DNA from: Spirochaetaceae bacterium
GTDB taxonomy: Bacteria > Spirochaetota > Spirochaetia > Treponematales > Rectinemataceae
Length of the DNA: 64,000 nucleotides
Assembly: GCA_026418115.1 (NCBI GenBank)
Contig: JAOABY010000006.1
Span: 908-64,907 of the forward strand
Reading direction: 5' to 3'
The notes under the pieces are model-generated. The model was given only the letters and a program-made list of their open reading frames with translations, did no database searches and was not told the DNA's origin. Shown here in pieces: positions 27,764 to 36,136 of the stretch (positions are counted from its first letter, which is position 1; the number at the start of each line of letters is the position of its first letter). A program made the translations under genes and the position numbers.

Positions 27764-29872
27764 ATGAATCGCGTACAACATCATCCCATCCTGGCGGAAC
27801 CACCGCACAGGAAACTCGTATCATTCTCGTTCGACGGAATGACAGTGCAGGGCTATGAAGGTGAACCGGTTGCGTCCTCTCTCGTGGCACTCGGAATTCA
27901 TACCTTCTCTTTCCATCACAAGGATGGCGCCCCGCAAGGTCTCTTCTGTGCCAATGGCCAGTGCTCGCAGTGCACCATGCTTATCGATGGCATACCTCGC
28001 AAATCGTGCATGACGCCGCTGGAAGAAGGCATGGATGTCAGAACTCTCAAAGGTCTTCCTGCATTACCGGCACAGGATGAACCGCTTGTCCAGGCTGAGC
28101 GCCGCTCGATCCGAACAGACATTCTGGTGATTGGAGGAGGTCCGGCAGGTCTTGCAGCCGCGGCAGAGCTTGGCAAACTCGGTTTCCAGGTGCTGGTTGC
28201 CGATGACAAATCGAAGCCTGGCGGGAAGCTGGTCCTTCAGACCCACAAATTCTTCGGCTCTGAAAAGGACTGCTATGCGGGCGTGAGGGGTATCGATATT
28301 GCAGGAATACTCGAAAACAATGCCAAACGTTACCCTTCAGTAAAAATCCTTCCGAATGCGCCAGTGGTGGCCATTTTCAAGGATCGCAAGGCAGGTATTT
28401 TCCTCAATTATGAGTCATACCTTCTTGTGGATTTCACTGCACTACTCGTTGCAGCAGGTGCACGCGAAAAGGCGCTCCATTTCCAGGGATGCGACCTTCC
28501 TGGCGTAATCGGTGCAGGGGCGTTCCAGACCCTCGTCAACCGCGACATGGTCAGGGCCTTCAAAAGAATTCTGATAGTGGGCTCTGGCAATGTAGGTCTC
28601 ATTGCAGCGTACCATGCGCTCCAAGCCGGGATAGAGGTAGCCGGCATCGTGGAAGTGGCAGGCAGAATCAATGGTTATCAGGTACATGCCGACAAGATCA
28701 GACGCATGGGCGTGCCTATCTACCTCAACACTACCATAGTGCGTGCAGAAGGGACCGACAGGGTGGAACGCGCCATCGTTGCCTCGGTGGACGAGCGCTA
28801 CCAGCCCATGGCAGGAACCTACAGGACCTATGAGGTAGATGCCGTACTCATCGCTACCGGTCTTGCATCCTGCAATGAATTCCTCCAGCAGGCACGCTCC
28901 TACGGCATCATGGCCGTTGCAGCCGGTGATGCAGGAGAGATCGCCGAAGCATCAAGCGCTATGTTCGGAGGTCGCATCGCGGCCCACCGGCTTGCTGAAA
29001 TGCTGGGCAAGCGCACCAGTGTCAATCCCGAGTGGGAAGAAACACGCCAGGTGCTCGCATCAAGACCAGGCGACAGCTATGAGCGCTCGCCGATAGTCCC
29101 ATCCAAGGAATGGCGTCCGGTATTCTTCTGCTCTGAAGAGATACCATGTAATCCCTGTGCCACTGCCTGTCCGGCAGGGGCTATCCATCTGAGACCTCTC
29201 CGTGGGAACATCATGGATCTTCCCTACTTCGATGGCTCCCGCTGTACCGGTTGCGGTTCCTGTGTGGCAATCTGTCCGGGCCTCGCCATTACCCTTGTCA
29301 GAAGAGTTACCGATGACCAGGCAGAAGTTGTGCTGCCCTGGGAATTCTCAGCCGATTTCGAACCGGATCGGGTATTCGAGCTTGTCGATCAGAGCGGAAA
29401 GTACCTTGTATCAGCAACGGTGCATGCAAAGAGAAGAGTAGCGTCGAGATCAACATGGTTGCTCACCTTCAGGGTACCTGTCGATATCGCCTCAAGGATT
29501 GCCGGAGTCAGAGTGCAGGCCGAGGATGCTACTCGATGGCTCGAACAGGAAGATACAGCCTGTATCGATCTTGATACGCCCCTGTGCCGATGCGAACGCA
29601 TCACCCTTGGCGAAATCGTCGAGTTCATCAAGGCAAACAAAATACGGGATATCAACCAGCTCAAGACACTGCGTGTCGGTATGGGAGCCTGCGGTGGCAA
29701 GACCTGTACACAGCTCATCATGAAGGCATTCAAACTCGCTGGCGTAGATCCTTCGGAAGTAGAGCCGGCCACGCAGCGGCCTCTCTTCATGGAAATGCCC
29801 ATGTCCGCCATAGTCAATGAGGGTATGCACAAGCTTGGCGGCAAGGAAGCCGGATCAAGGGGGGCACCATGA
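27764..29872 (+). CDS. Multi-cofactor oxidoreductase. An N-terminal 2Fe-2S domain is fused to an FAD/NAD(P) pyridine-nucleotide-disulfide-type core, a 2x[4Fe-4S] ferredoxin and a BFD-like [2Fe-2S] domain (sarcosine oxidase alpha / archaeal proline dehydrogenase alpha-like).
   Basis: CANGQCSQC...C; GGGPAGLAAA; VGSGNVGLIAA; CNPCATACP and CTGCGSCVAICP; CRCERIT...CGGKTC. Confidence 0.75.
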   Translation: MNRVQHHPILAEPPHRKLVSFSFDGMTVQGYEGEPVASSLVALGIHTFSFHHKDGAPQGLFCANGQCSQCTMLIDGIPRKSCMTPLEEGMDVRTLKGLPALPAQDEPLVQAERRSIRTDILVIGGGPAGLAAAAELGKLGFQVLVADDKSKPGGKLVLQTHKFFGSEKDCYAGVRGIDIAGILENNAKRYPSVKILPNAPVVAIFKDRKAGIFLNYESYLLVDFTALLVAAGAREKALHFQGCDLPGVIGAGAFQTLVNRDMVRAFKRILIVGSGNVGLIAAYHALQAGIEVAGIVEVAGRINGYQVHADKIRRMGVPIYLNTTIVRAEGTDRVERAIVASVDERYQPMAGTYRTYEVDAVLIATGLASCNEFLQQARSYGIMAVAAGDAGEIAEASSAMFGGRIAAHRLAEMLGKRTSVNPEWEETRQVLASRPGDSYERSPIVPSKEWRPVFFCSEEIPCNPCATACPAGAIHLRPLRGNIMDLPYFDGSRCTGCGSCVAICPGLAITLVRRVTDDQAEVVLPWEFSADFEPDRVFELVDQSGKYLVSATVHAKRRVASRSTWLLTFRVPVDIASRIAGVRVQAEDATRWLEQEDTACIDLDTPLCRCERITLGEIVEFIKANKIRDINQLKTLRVGMGACGGKTCTQLIMKAFKLAGVDPSEVEPATQRPLFMEMPMSAIVNEGMHKLGGKEAGSRGAP

Positions 29873-31041
29873 AGCATTATGATGTTGTGATTATAGGCGC
29901 GGGTTCCGTTGGTGTGCCACTGGCATGGCAACTTGCTGAACAGGGATCCAGGGTAGTGATTCTCGAACAGGAAGCCTCGTGGGGGCGTGGACAGAACAGA
30001 GCTGCAATTGGCGGCATCCGTGCAACACATTCGGATCCCGCCAAGATCCGTATCTGTCTGGAGTCGATCGAGATTTTCAAATCTCTGGAATCCAAATATG
30101 GATTCGATATCGAATGGCGGCAGGGCGGCTACATGTATGTGGCATATGACGAGAAAATGAAGCAGCAGTTTCTCTCCCTGCTCGAAATCCAGAAAAAGGC
30201 CGGCCTTAACATTGACTGGATCGAACCGGAAAGAGTGGTCGAACTTGCTCCCGGCATCAGAGCGGACAAGCTTGTCGGAGGGACGTACAGCCCCGGCGAT
30301 GGTTACGCTTCACCGCTCATGGCGGCTACGGCGTTCCACAAACTGGCGATGGATGCCGGAGTGGAATTCCGGTTTGGCGTGCGAGTAGATTCCATCAAGA
30401 AGGAAGGTACCAACATAGTATCGATTACTGCTGGCGACGAAGAGTACACTGCTGATCTTTTCGTCAACGCTGCAGGCGCCGAGGCTGCGGATCTTGCTCA
30501 CCTGGCAGGGTTTGAACTGCCTGTCTTCCCTGATTGCCATGAGGCTGGTGTCACCGAGCCCGTCCAGCGGTTCATGGAGCCTCTGATCGTAGATATCCTG
30601 CCTGATGCAGATTCCGGCAACTATTATTTCTACCAGGCGAATACGGGTCAGATTGTATTCTGCATCACTCCGCGACCGCAGATCTGGGGGAGGGACAAGG
30701 ATTCGACTTCAACCTTCCTGCCTCTATGCGTACGGCGTATGATGGAGCTGTATCCCAGGTTGAGGAATATCAGGGTGAGACGAACCTGGAGAGGCATGTA
30801 TCCCATGACACCTGATGGGTTGCCGATCATCGGGTATCCTGAGGCTGCACGAAACTTCCTCCAGGTAGTAGGCATGTGCGGACAGGGCTTCATGATGGGG
30901 CCTGGTCTGGGCAGAATACTCACCCAGACCATCTATGCCGGTGGTAATTTCGACAAGCCGGCTGGCTCTACCGAATTCGGCTTCCTGTTCGACGAACTCT
31001 CCATTACACGAAGCTTTGAACATGCAGAATTGCTGAAATAA
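29869..31041 (+). CDS. FAD-dependent oxidoreductase, DAO family (sarcosine oxidase beta / proline dehydrogenase beta-like)
   Basis: MKHYDVVIIGAGSVGVPLAWQLAEQG dinucleotide fold. ATGA overlap with the upstream gene. Confidence 0.8.
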   Translation: MKHYDVVIIGAGSVGVPLAWQLAEQGSRVVILEQEASWGRGQNRAAIGGIRATHSDPAKIRICLESIEIFKSLESKYGFDIEWRQGGYMYVAYDEKMKQQFLSLLEIQKKAGLNIDWIEPERVVELAPGIRADKLVGGTYSPGDGYASPLMAATAFHKLAMDAGVEFRFGVRVDSIKKEGTNIVSITAGDEEYTADLFVNAAGAEAADLAHLAGFELPVFPDCHEAGVTEPVQRFMEPLIVDILPDADSGNYYFYQANTGQIVFCITPRPQIWGRDKDSTSTFLPLCVRRMMELYPRLRNIRVRRTWRGMYPMTPDGLPIIGYPEAARNFLQVVGMCGQGFMMGPGLGRILTQTIYAGGNFDKPAGSTEFGFLFDELSITRSFEHAELLK

Positions 31042-31048
31042 GCGAATT

Positions 31049-31094
31049 GCCGGGGCTTCATCCACTCTCGGAGGTGAGATGCCCCGGCATTTTC
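31049..31094 (+). terminator. Rho-independent-like terminator after the oxidoreductase operon
   Basis: GCCGGGGC (31049-31056) pairs with GCCCCGGC (31081-31088), and an inner CAC/GTG pair extends the stem. It is followed by ATTTTCC. Confidence 0.55.
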
Positions 31095-31154
31095 CATTTC
31101 TGCAGGCCATGCATCCTGAAAGCAGCGAGATTGCAGTCATCCTTATCGAGGATC

Positions 31155-31196
31155 TTGACGGTCTGCGATCTTCGGTTTAAAATCATACTAAACCGA
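31155..31196 (+). promoter_or_regulatory. Promoter plus palindromic operator upstream of rrf2-nifS-nifU
   Basis: -35 TTGACG (31155-31160), 17-nt spacer, -10 TAAAAT (31178-31183). The inverted repeat TCGGTTTA-N9-TAAACCGA (31172-31196) straddles the -10. Confidence 0.55.
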
Positions 31197-31208
31197 TAGG
31201 AATTTAGG

Positions 31209-31667
31209 ATGTTCCAGGTACCGACAAAAACACAGTACGCCATCAGAGCGCTCGTACACCTTGTACGCCATAGTGCTGCAAGTGCAGGTGCGATTGCCGA
31301 GGCGGAGCACATCTCACCCAAATATCTTGAAGGCATTCTTGCGCAGCTCAAGGCAGCAGGGCTTGTTGTGTCCGACAGGGGGCGCATGGGCGGCTACAGA
31401 CTTACCAGGAATCCCTTTACCATTCCAATGCTTGATGTGGTAAAGGCGATGGAAGGCGAGGTCCGTCTGGTCGAATGCGTAGGCGAGGGTGGTGCGTGTT
31501 TTGCTGCGAGTGGCTGCCTGCCTCGAAAATTCTGGCTGGGGCTGAAGCAGACGGTTGATACCTATCTGACATCGGTAAGTCTTGGTGACATTGCTGAAGT
31601 AGATTCCAGCGAGGGAATTCCGTCTGTTGCCGACAGACCGGCCTCTCAGACACAGATCAAGGAGTAG
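31209..31667 (+). CDS. Rrf2-family transcriptional regulator (IscR-like, with three clustered Cys)
   Basis: MFQVPTKTQYAIRALVHLV wHTH N-terminus. CVGEGGACFAASGC provides three closely spaced Cys, as in Fe-S-sensing Rrf2 proteins. Confidence 0.85.
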   Translation: MFQVPTKTQYAIRALVHLVRHSAASAGAIAEAEHISPKYLEGILAQLKAAGLVVSDRGRMGGYRLTRNPFTIPMLDVVKAMEGEVRLVECVGEGGACFAASGCLPRKFWLGLKQTVDTYLTSVSLGDIAEVDSSEGIPSVADRPASQTQIKE

Positions 31668-31674
31668 GCAGAAT

Positions 31675-32859
31675 ATGGCAGTCCGCTCTGTATACATGGA
31701 TTACAATGCAACCACACCGCTGAGACCAGAGGTGCGCAATCGCATGGTCGAGGCAATGGATCTGTATGCCAATGCATCGAGCATGCATGAGATGGGCAGG
31801 AGGGCACGCGCCGAAATAGAACGTGCGCGTGCAGCTGTTGCCGCCCTTATTGGAACGCACGATCCTTCAACGGTGATCTTTACCTCAGGTGGATCAGAAT
31901 CGAACAACACTGTGTTCAATACCATGTTTCTAAGAGGTAGAAACAGCCAGCGCAGAAAGATACTCACAACTGCCATTGAACATCCCTGTGTGCTCAATGC
32001 CGCTGCGCATCTGAAAGAAGAGGGATTCCCTGTGGTTTTCCTGCCGGTGGATGCGCAAGGCAGGCTCGACATGGATGCCTACAGGGCGGAACTTGGACCG
32101 GATGTACTGCTTGTCTCGGTGATGGCCGCCAATAATGAAATAGGTACCATCGAGGATATTGCAACCATTGCAGCGCTCGCACATGAGCATGGCGCACTCG
32201 TACATACCGATGCGACCCAGGCCGCAGGCAAGGTTCCGGTCTCCGTCGAGAAGTGGGGTGTCGATTATGCGACGCTTTCCTGCCACAAAATATATGGTCC
32301 CAAAGGGATCGGCGCGCTGTACATTCGCAAGGGAGCGCCAATCGAGCCTCTGATCAGGGGAGGTCATCAGGAACAGGGTATAAGGGCAGGAACCTACAAT
32401 AACCTCGGCATCCTTGGATTCGGTGTCGCTGCTGAACTTGCTCTGGCGGAAGTCGGGGACTACATGAGGGAAGTGGGAGCATTGCGCCAGCGTCTTCGCG
32501 ATCTGATCATAGCAAGAATACCGAACGTGAAAATCAATGGCCATCCGGTGGAGGTGCTGCCCAATACCCTGAATGTATCCTTTCCGGGAGCCGAAGGAGA
32601 GGCAATACTGCTCTCGCTGGATCTCGAAGGCATAGAAGTATCAACAGGGTCTGCCTGTGCTTCAGGGAGCCTCGATCCTTCACATGTGCTGATGGCAATA
32701 GGCCTCGGGCCGGAACTGGCGCATGGTTCAATTCGCTTCAGCCTGGGGAAATACACCACGGTGGAGGAAGTAGACTATGTGGCAGACAAGCTGCCGCCCA
32801 TCATTGCGCGACTGCGGCGCATGTCCACCGTATCGCCATCCCTTACTGGCCAGTCCTGA
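31675..32859 (+). CDS. nifS: Cysteine desulfurase (NifS type)
   Basis: YMDYNATTP start, PLP-Lys LSCHKIYGPKG, catalytic loop STGSACASGS. SD AGGAG precedes the ATG at 31675. Confidence 0.92.
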   Translation: MAVRSVYMDYNATTPLRPEVRNRMVEAMDLYANASSMHEMGRRARAEIERARAAVAALIGTHDPSTVIFTSGGSESNNTVFNTMFLRGRNSQRRKILTTAIEHPCVLNAAAHLKEEGFPVVFLPVDAQGRLDMDAYRAELGPDVLLVSVMAANNEIGTIEDIATIAALAHEHGALVHTDATQAAGKVPVSVEKWGVDYATLSCHKIYGPKGIGALYIRKGAPIEPLIRGGHQEQGIRAGTYNNLGILGFGVAAELALAEVGDYMREVGALRQRLRDLIIARIPNVKINGHPVEVLPNTLNVSFPGAEGEAILLSLDLEGIEVSTGSACASGSLDPSHVLMAIGLGPELAHGSIRFSLGKYTTVEEVDYVADKLPPIIARLRRMSTVSPSLTGQS

Positions 32860-32899
32860 TGCAAGTCTTGCAAAGGAAACATGCTGAGAGGAGTAGATC

Positions 32900-33502
32900 A
32901 TGGATGCATTTCAGTGGCTGTACTCTGACATTGTGAAGGATCATTTTACCAATCCCCGGAATGTTTACGATCCCGACAGGGATCGCGATTTTGCTCCCGA
33001 TGCCGAAGGCATGGTTGGCAACATCAAGTGCGGTGACCAGATGATGTTCATGCTCAAGATCAGCAACGACATCATTACAGACGTCCGGTGGAAAACCTAT
33101 GGGTGTGCCTCAGCCATCGCCAGTACCTCGATGCTTTCGGAAGTCATAAAAGGCATGCATATTCGTGATGCCTACCATATCAAGCCACAGGATATCGCTA
33201 CGCGGCTTGGGGGCCTGCCTGATAACAAGATCCATTGCTCCGTGCTGGGTGACAAGGCACTTCGGGCTGCAATCGATGCCTATCTCGAGCGCAATGGGAG
33301 AGCAGGCGAGTTCAAGGGCGAAGAGGCCATCGTAATCTGCACATGCCTGAATATCACAGACAAGGATATTGAGGAGGCAGTGAAGCAGGGCGCTCGCGAC
33401 TGGCACAGTCTTCAGGAGGCTACAAAGATAGGCACGGTATGTGGTGGCTGCAGATCGAAGGCAGAAGAGCTGCTGCATGAATTTGTCCATATCTACGGTT
33501 GA
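32900..33502 (+). CDS. nifU: NifU-like Fe-S scaffold (IscU-like domain plus BFD-like [2Fe-2S] domain)
   Basis: GNIKCGD...YGCASAIASTS...HCSVL scaffold cysteines, then CTCLNITDKDIEEAV...CGGC. Confidence 0.9.
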   Translation: MDAFQWLYSDIVKDHFTNPRNVYDPDRDRDFAPDAEGMVGNIKCGDQMMFMLKISNDIITDVRWKTYGCASAIASTSMLSEVIKGMHIRDAYHIKPQDIATRLGGLPDNKIHCSVLGDKALRAAIDAYLERNGRAGEFKGEEAIVICTCLNITDKDIEEAVKQGARDWHSLQEATKIGTVCGGCRSKAEELLHEFVHIYG

Positions 33503-34340
33503 AGACACCCTCGAAGCACGCCGCTTTCTTCTGGAGGAAGGGCAAAGGCATTATCGGGACCTGCCATGGCGCCGCAATCTCGATCCATGGGGAGTGCTGA
33601 TATCGGAAGTCATGTTGCAGCAGACGCAGGTAGCAAGAGTTATCCCTGCCTATGAAAGATGGATGACGAAATTCCCATCGCCGGAAGCTCTTGCCTCTAG
33701 CAGCAGAGAAGAGGTACTCCGATCCTGGTCTGGCCTCGGGTACAATAGACGTGCAATTCGGCTTCATGAATGTGCCCGTGCGATTGCAGAGGACCATGGT
33801 GGAAGGGTACCGAATGAGCTGGCTGCGCTGGAGTCTCTTCCGGCTATCGGATCCTACACAGCAAGGGCAATTCTCGCATTTGCATTCGATAAGGCAGAAG
33901 TATTTCTCGAGACTAATATTCGGGCGGTGCTGATCAGGCATTTCTTTGAGGATCGCCAGGAGGTTGCGGAACGCGAGCTGGCCGAGTTGGCAGGCCTGCT
34001 GCTTGATCGTGAGCATCCCCGGATCTGGTACTGGGCTCTCATGGATTATGGAGCCCATCTCAAGCATTCAGAAGAGAATTATGCACGACGCGCTCAGAGG
34101 TACCGTGTCCAGTCTCCCTTTCATGGCTCCCTGCGACAGGCAAGGGGCTCCGTGCTCAGAATACTGCTGGAACACTCGCCTCTCAGTGAGGACGAAATCA
34201 TACTCAGAACCGGCCTCGACCACGGGAAGGTTCGCGGCGCACTAGCCGGCCTTGCCCAGGAAGGTTTTCTTGTATGCGATCCAGACAGCGGGCGGAGTAC
34301 ACCTGTATGGAGTCTGAAAACAGATAAAAGCCGGTGCTGA
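33477..34340 (+). CDS. HhH-GPD DNA glycosylase, MutY-like catalytic core without Fe-S cluster cysteines, with a winged-helix-like C-terminus
   Basis: WGVLISEVMLQQTQVARV (MutY-type Glu), LPAIGSYTARAIL (HhH), ALMDYGA (catalytic Asp). Only three scattered Cys. The start is uncertain (33441 or 33477). Confidence 0.75.
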   Translation: MNLSISTVEDTLEARRFLLEEGQRHYRDLPWRRNLDPWGVLISEVMLQQTQVARVIPAYERWMTKFPSPEALASSSREEVLRSWSGLGYNRRAIRLHECARAIAEDHGGRVPNELAALESLPAIGSYTARAILAFAFDKAEVFLETNIRAVLIRHFFEDRQEVAERELAELAGLLLDREHPRIWYWALMDYGAHLKHSEENYARRAQRYRVQSPFHGSLRQARGSVLRILLEHSPLSEDEIILRTGLDHGKVRGALAGLAQEGFLVCDPDSGRSTPVWSLKTDKSRC

Positions 34341-34399
34341 GGACCGAATGCGGTACTATGTGTATATTTAAAAATATATATAGCAAAAATATTCACGGC

Positions 34400-34428
34400 T
34401 TGACGAGTGCTATGACAGCCTTTATGAT
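34400..34428 (+). promoter_or_regulatory. Sigma70-like promoter of the TRAP operon
   Basis: -35 TTGACG (34400-34405), 17-nt spacer, -10 TATGAT (34423-34428). SD GGGAGG at 34451-34456, ATG at 34462. Confidence 0.55.
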
Positions 34429-34461
34429 AGATGGCTGTAAATATACTTCAGGGAGGCAAAC

Positions 34462-35496
34462 ATGAAACGAATTGCTCTTGCGCTTCTGGCACTGATGCTC
34501 CTTCTGGCTCCATCAGCCGTATTTGCCCAGAAGGTCATCAAACTGGCACACCTGAATCCGCAGACCCCCTATGATGTCGCTTCGGCGGCTATGGCAGCGG
34601 TATTCAAGAGTGAAGTAGAAGCGAATTCTAATGGCCAGCTCAAGGTAGAAATCTACCCCAACGGCGTGCTTGGCAAGGAAGCGGAGACGCTCACGCAGGT
34701 CAAGGCTGGTGTTGTCCAGTCCTTCATCTCGAGCTCCGGTGGTATGGCTCAGTACTATCCTCTCATCGATGTCACCAACATGCCATTCGCCTTCTCCAGC
34801 TACAATGTTGGTTACAAAGTCTATGATGGCGAGTTTGGTAAGGCTCTCGCTGCCGACATCGAGAAGAAAGCCGGCTTCAAGGTTCTAGGATTCGGCGAAT
34901 CTGGAGGCTTCTTTGCAATTACCAACTCCAAGAAGCCGATCAAGACGCCTGCTGACATGAAAGGCATCAAACTCCGCACCATGGCGCTTCCTCTGCATCA
35001 GGCAATCGTCAAGGCGCTGGGTGCGTCACCCACCACCATCGCATGGGCAGAAGTGTATACCAGCCTGCAGACTGGTGTCGTCGATGGCCAGATGAACCCG
35101 ATTTCCATCATCGCCATGGCGAAGTTCCAGGAAGTGCAGAAGTACATTACCCTCACCAACCATCTCTATGCGCCCTATGTCTGGGTAATGAACCCCAAGT
35201 TCTACAGCGATCTTTCGCCTGAGCTGCAGAATGTCATTGACGATGCTGCCCGCACCGCAATCGTGGCTGGCCGCGGTCTCTCAAGGATCATTGACGCAAC
35301 CGACAAGGGACTGCCGACTCTGGCTGAGAAGATGCAGGTCTATGTCCCAACCAAGGCCGAGCTGAAGCAGTTCCGCGATGCAGCAGTTCCGGCAGCGCTC
35401 GAATTCATGACCACTCAGTACAAGGATGAAGGCAAGAAATGGGTGGAAATGTTCTTCAGCGCGATCGAGAAGGCTGAGAAGGAACTCGGCTACTGA
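34462..35496 (+). CDS. TRAP transporter substrate-binding protein (DctP family)
   Basis: Signal peptide followed by a DctP-like sequence (KLAHLNPQTPYDV..., MKGIKLRT). It is followed by DctQ-type and DctM-type genes. Confidence 0.88.
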   Translation: MKRIALALLALMLLLAPSAVFAQKVIKLAHLNPQTPYDVASAAMAAVFKSEVEANSNGQLKVEIYPNGVLGKEAETLTQVKAGVVQSFISSSGGMAQYYPLIDVTNMPFAFSSYNVGYKVYDGEFGKALAADIEKKAGFKVLGFGESGGFFAITNSKKPIKTPADMKGIKLRTMALPLHQAIVKALGASPTTIAWAEVYTSLQTGVVDGQMNPISIIAMAKFQEVQKYITLTNHLYAPYVWVMNPKFYSDLSPELQNVIDDAARTAIVAGRGLSRIIDATDKGLPTLAEKMQVYVPTKAELKQFRDAAVPAALEFMTTQYKDEGKKWVEMFFSAIEKAEKELGY

Positions 35497-35513
35497 ACCT
35501 TCAGGCATCCAGT

Positions 35514-35548
35514 CGCCGTCCGGGAGCAGTATCAGGCACCGGACGGCG
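35514..35548 (+). other. Intercistronic perfect 10-bp hairpin between the TRAP binding-protein and permease genes
   Basis: CGCCGTCCGG (35514-35523) pairs with CCGGACGGCG (35539-35548), with a 15-nt loop. It lies 18 nt after the stop codon. Confidence 0.6.
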
Positions 35549-35586
35549 CTTCATTTCCACTCAATCAATCTGTTCCAGGAGACTTC

Positions 35587-36123
35587 ATGAGCAGCAAGGA
35601 TGCTTCGATGGCAGCGATACGGCGGCTCTCGGCAGCGATTGACAAGGTAGTAAGCATCATCTGCGCACTTCTCTTCGGTGCGATGACAGTCGATGTTCTA
35701 CTGGGTGTGTTTTTCAGATACATTCTCAATTCCCCTCTCAACTTCACCGAGGAACTTGCACGGTATCTGATGGTCTGGGGCGCAAGTCTGGCTATCAGTC
35801 TGGGTATCAGTGCGGGTGAGCATGTCGGGCTCACCGTAATCCTCGATTCACTGAAGAGCATTAAGGCGAAAAAGGCGCTTTCTGTCACCATCAACCTTTT
35901 TGTGTTTGCATTCATCGTGTTCATGCTGGTGTATTCGACGCTGGCAGCACTGGAAGCAAGAACACTGATGTCGCAGGCACTGGGCATCAGCATGTTCCTC
36001 CCGAAACTGGCGGTTCCGCTGGCGATGCTGCTTGCAGCCATACAGACTGTTCTGACGACTCTGATCATCGTCAAAAGCCCGGACGGAAAGATCATCCAGT
36101 CTTCCGGCTACATCGACATCTGA
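35587..36123 (+). CDS. TRAP transporter small permease (DctQ family)
   Basis: Four TM helices, with the FRYILNSPLNFTEELARYLMVWG motif typical of DctQ. Confidence 0.85.
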   Translation: MSSKDASMAAIRRLSAAIDKVVSIICALLFGAMTVDVLLGVFFRYILNSPLNFTEELARYLMVWGASLAISLGISAGEHVGLTVILDSLKSIKAKKALSVTINLFVFAFIVFMLVYSTLAALEARTLMSQALGISMFLPKLAVPLAMLLAAIQTVLTTLIIVKSPDGKIIQSSGYIDI

Positions 36124-36136
36124 GAAGGAGCATCTG

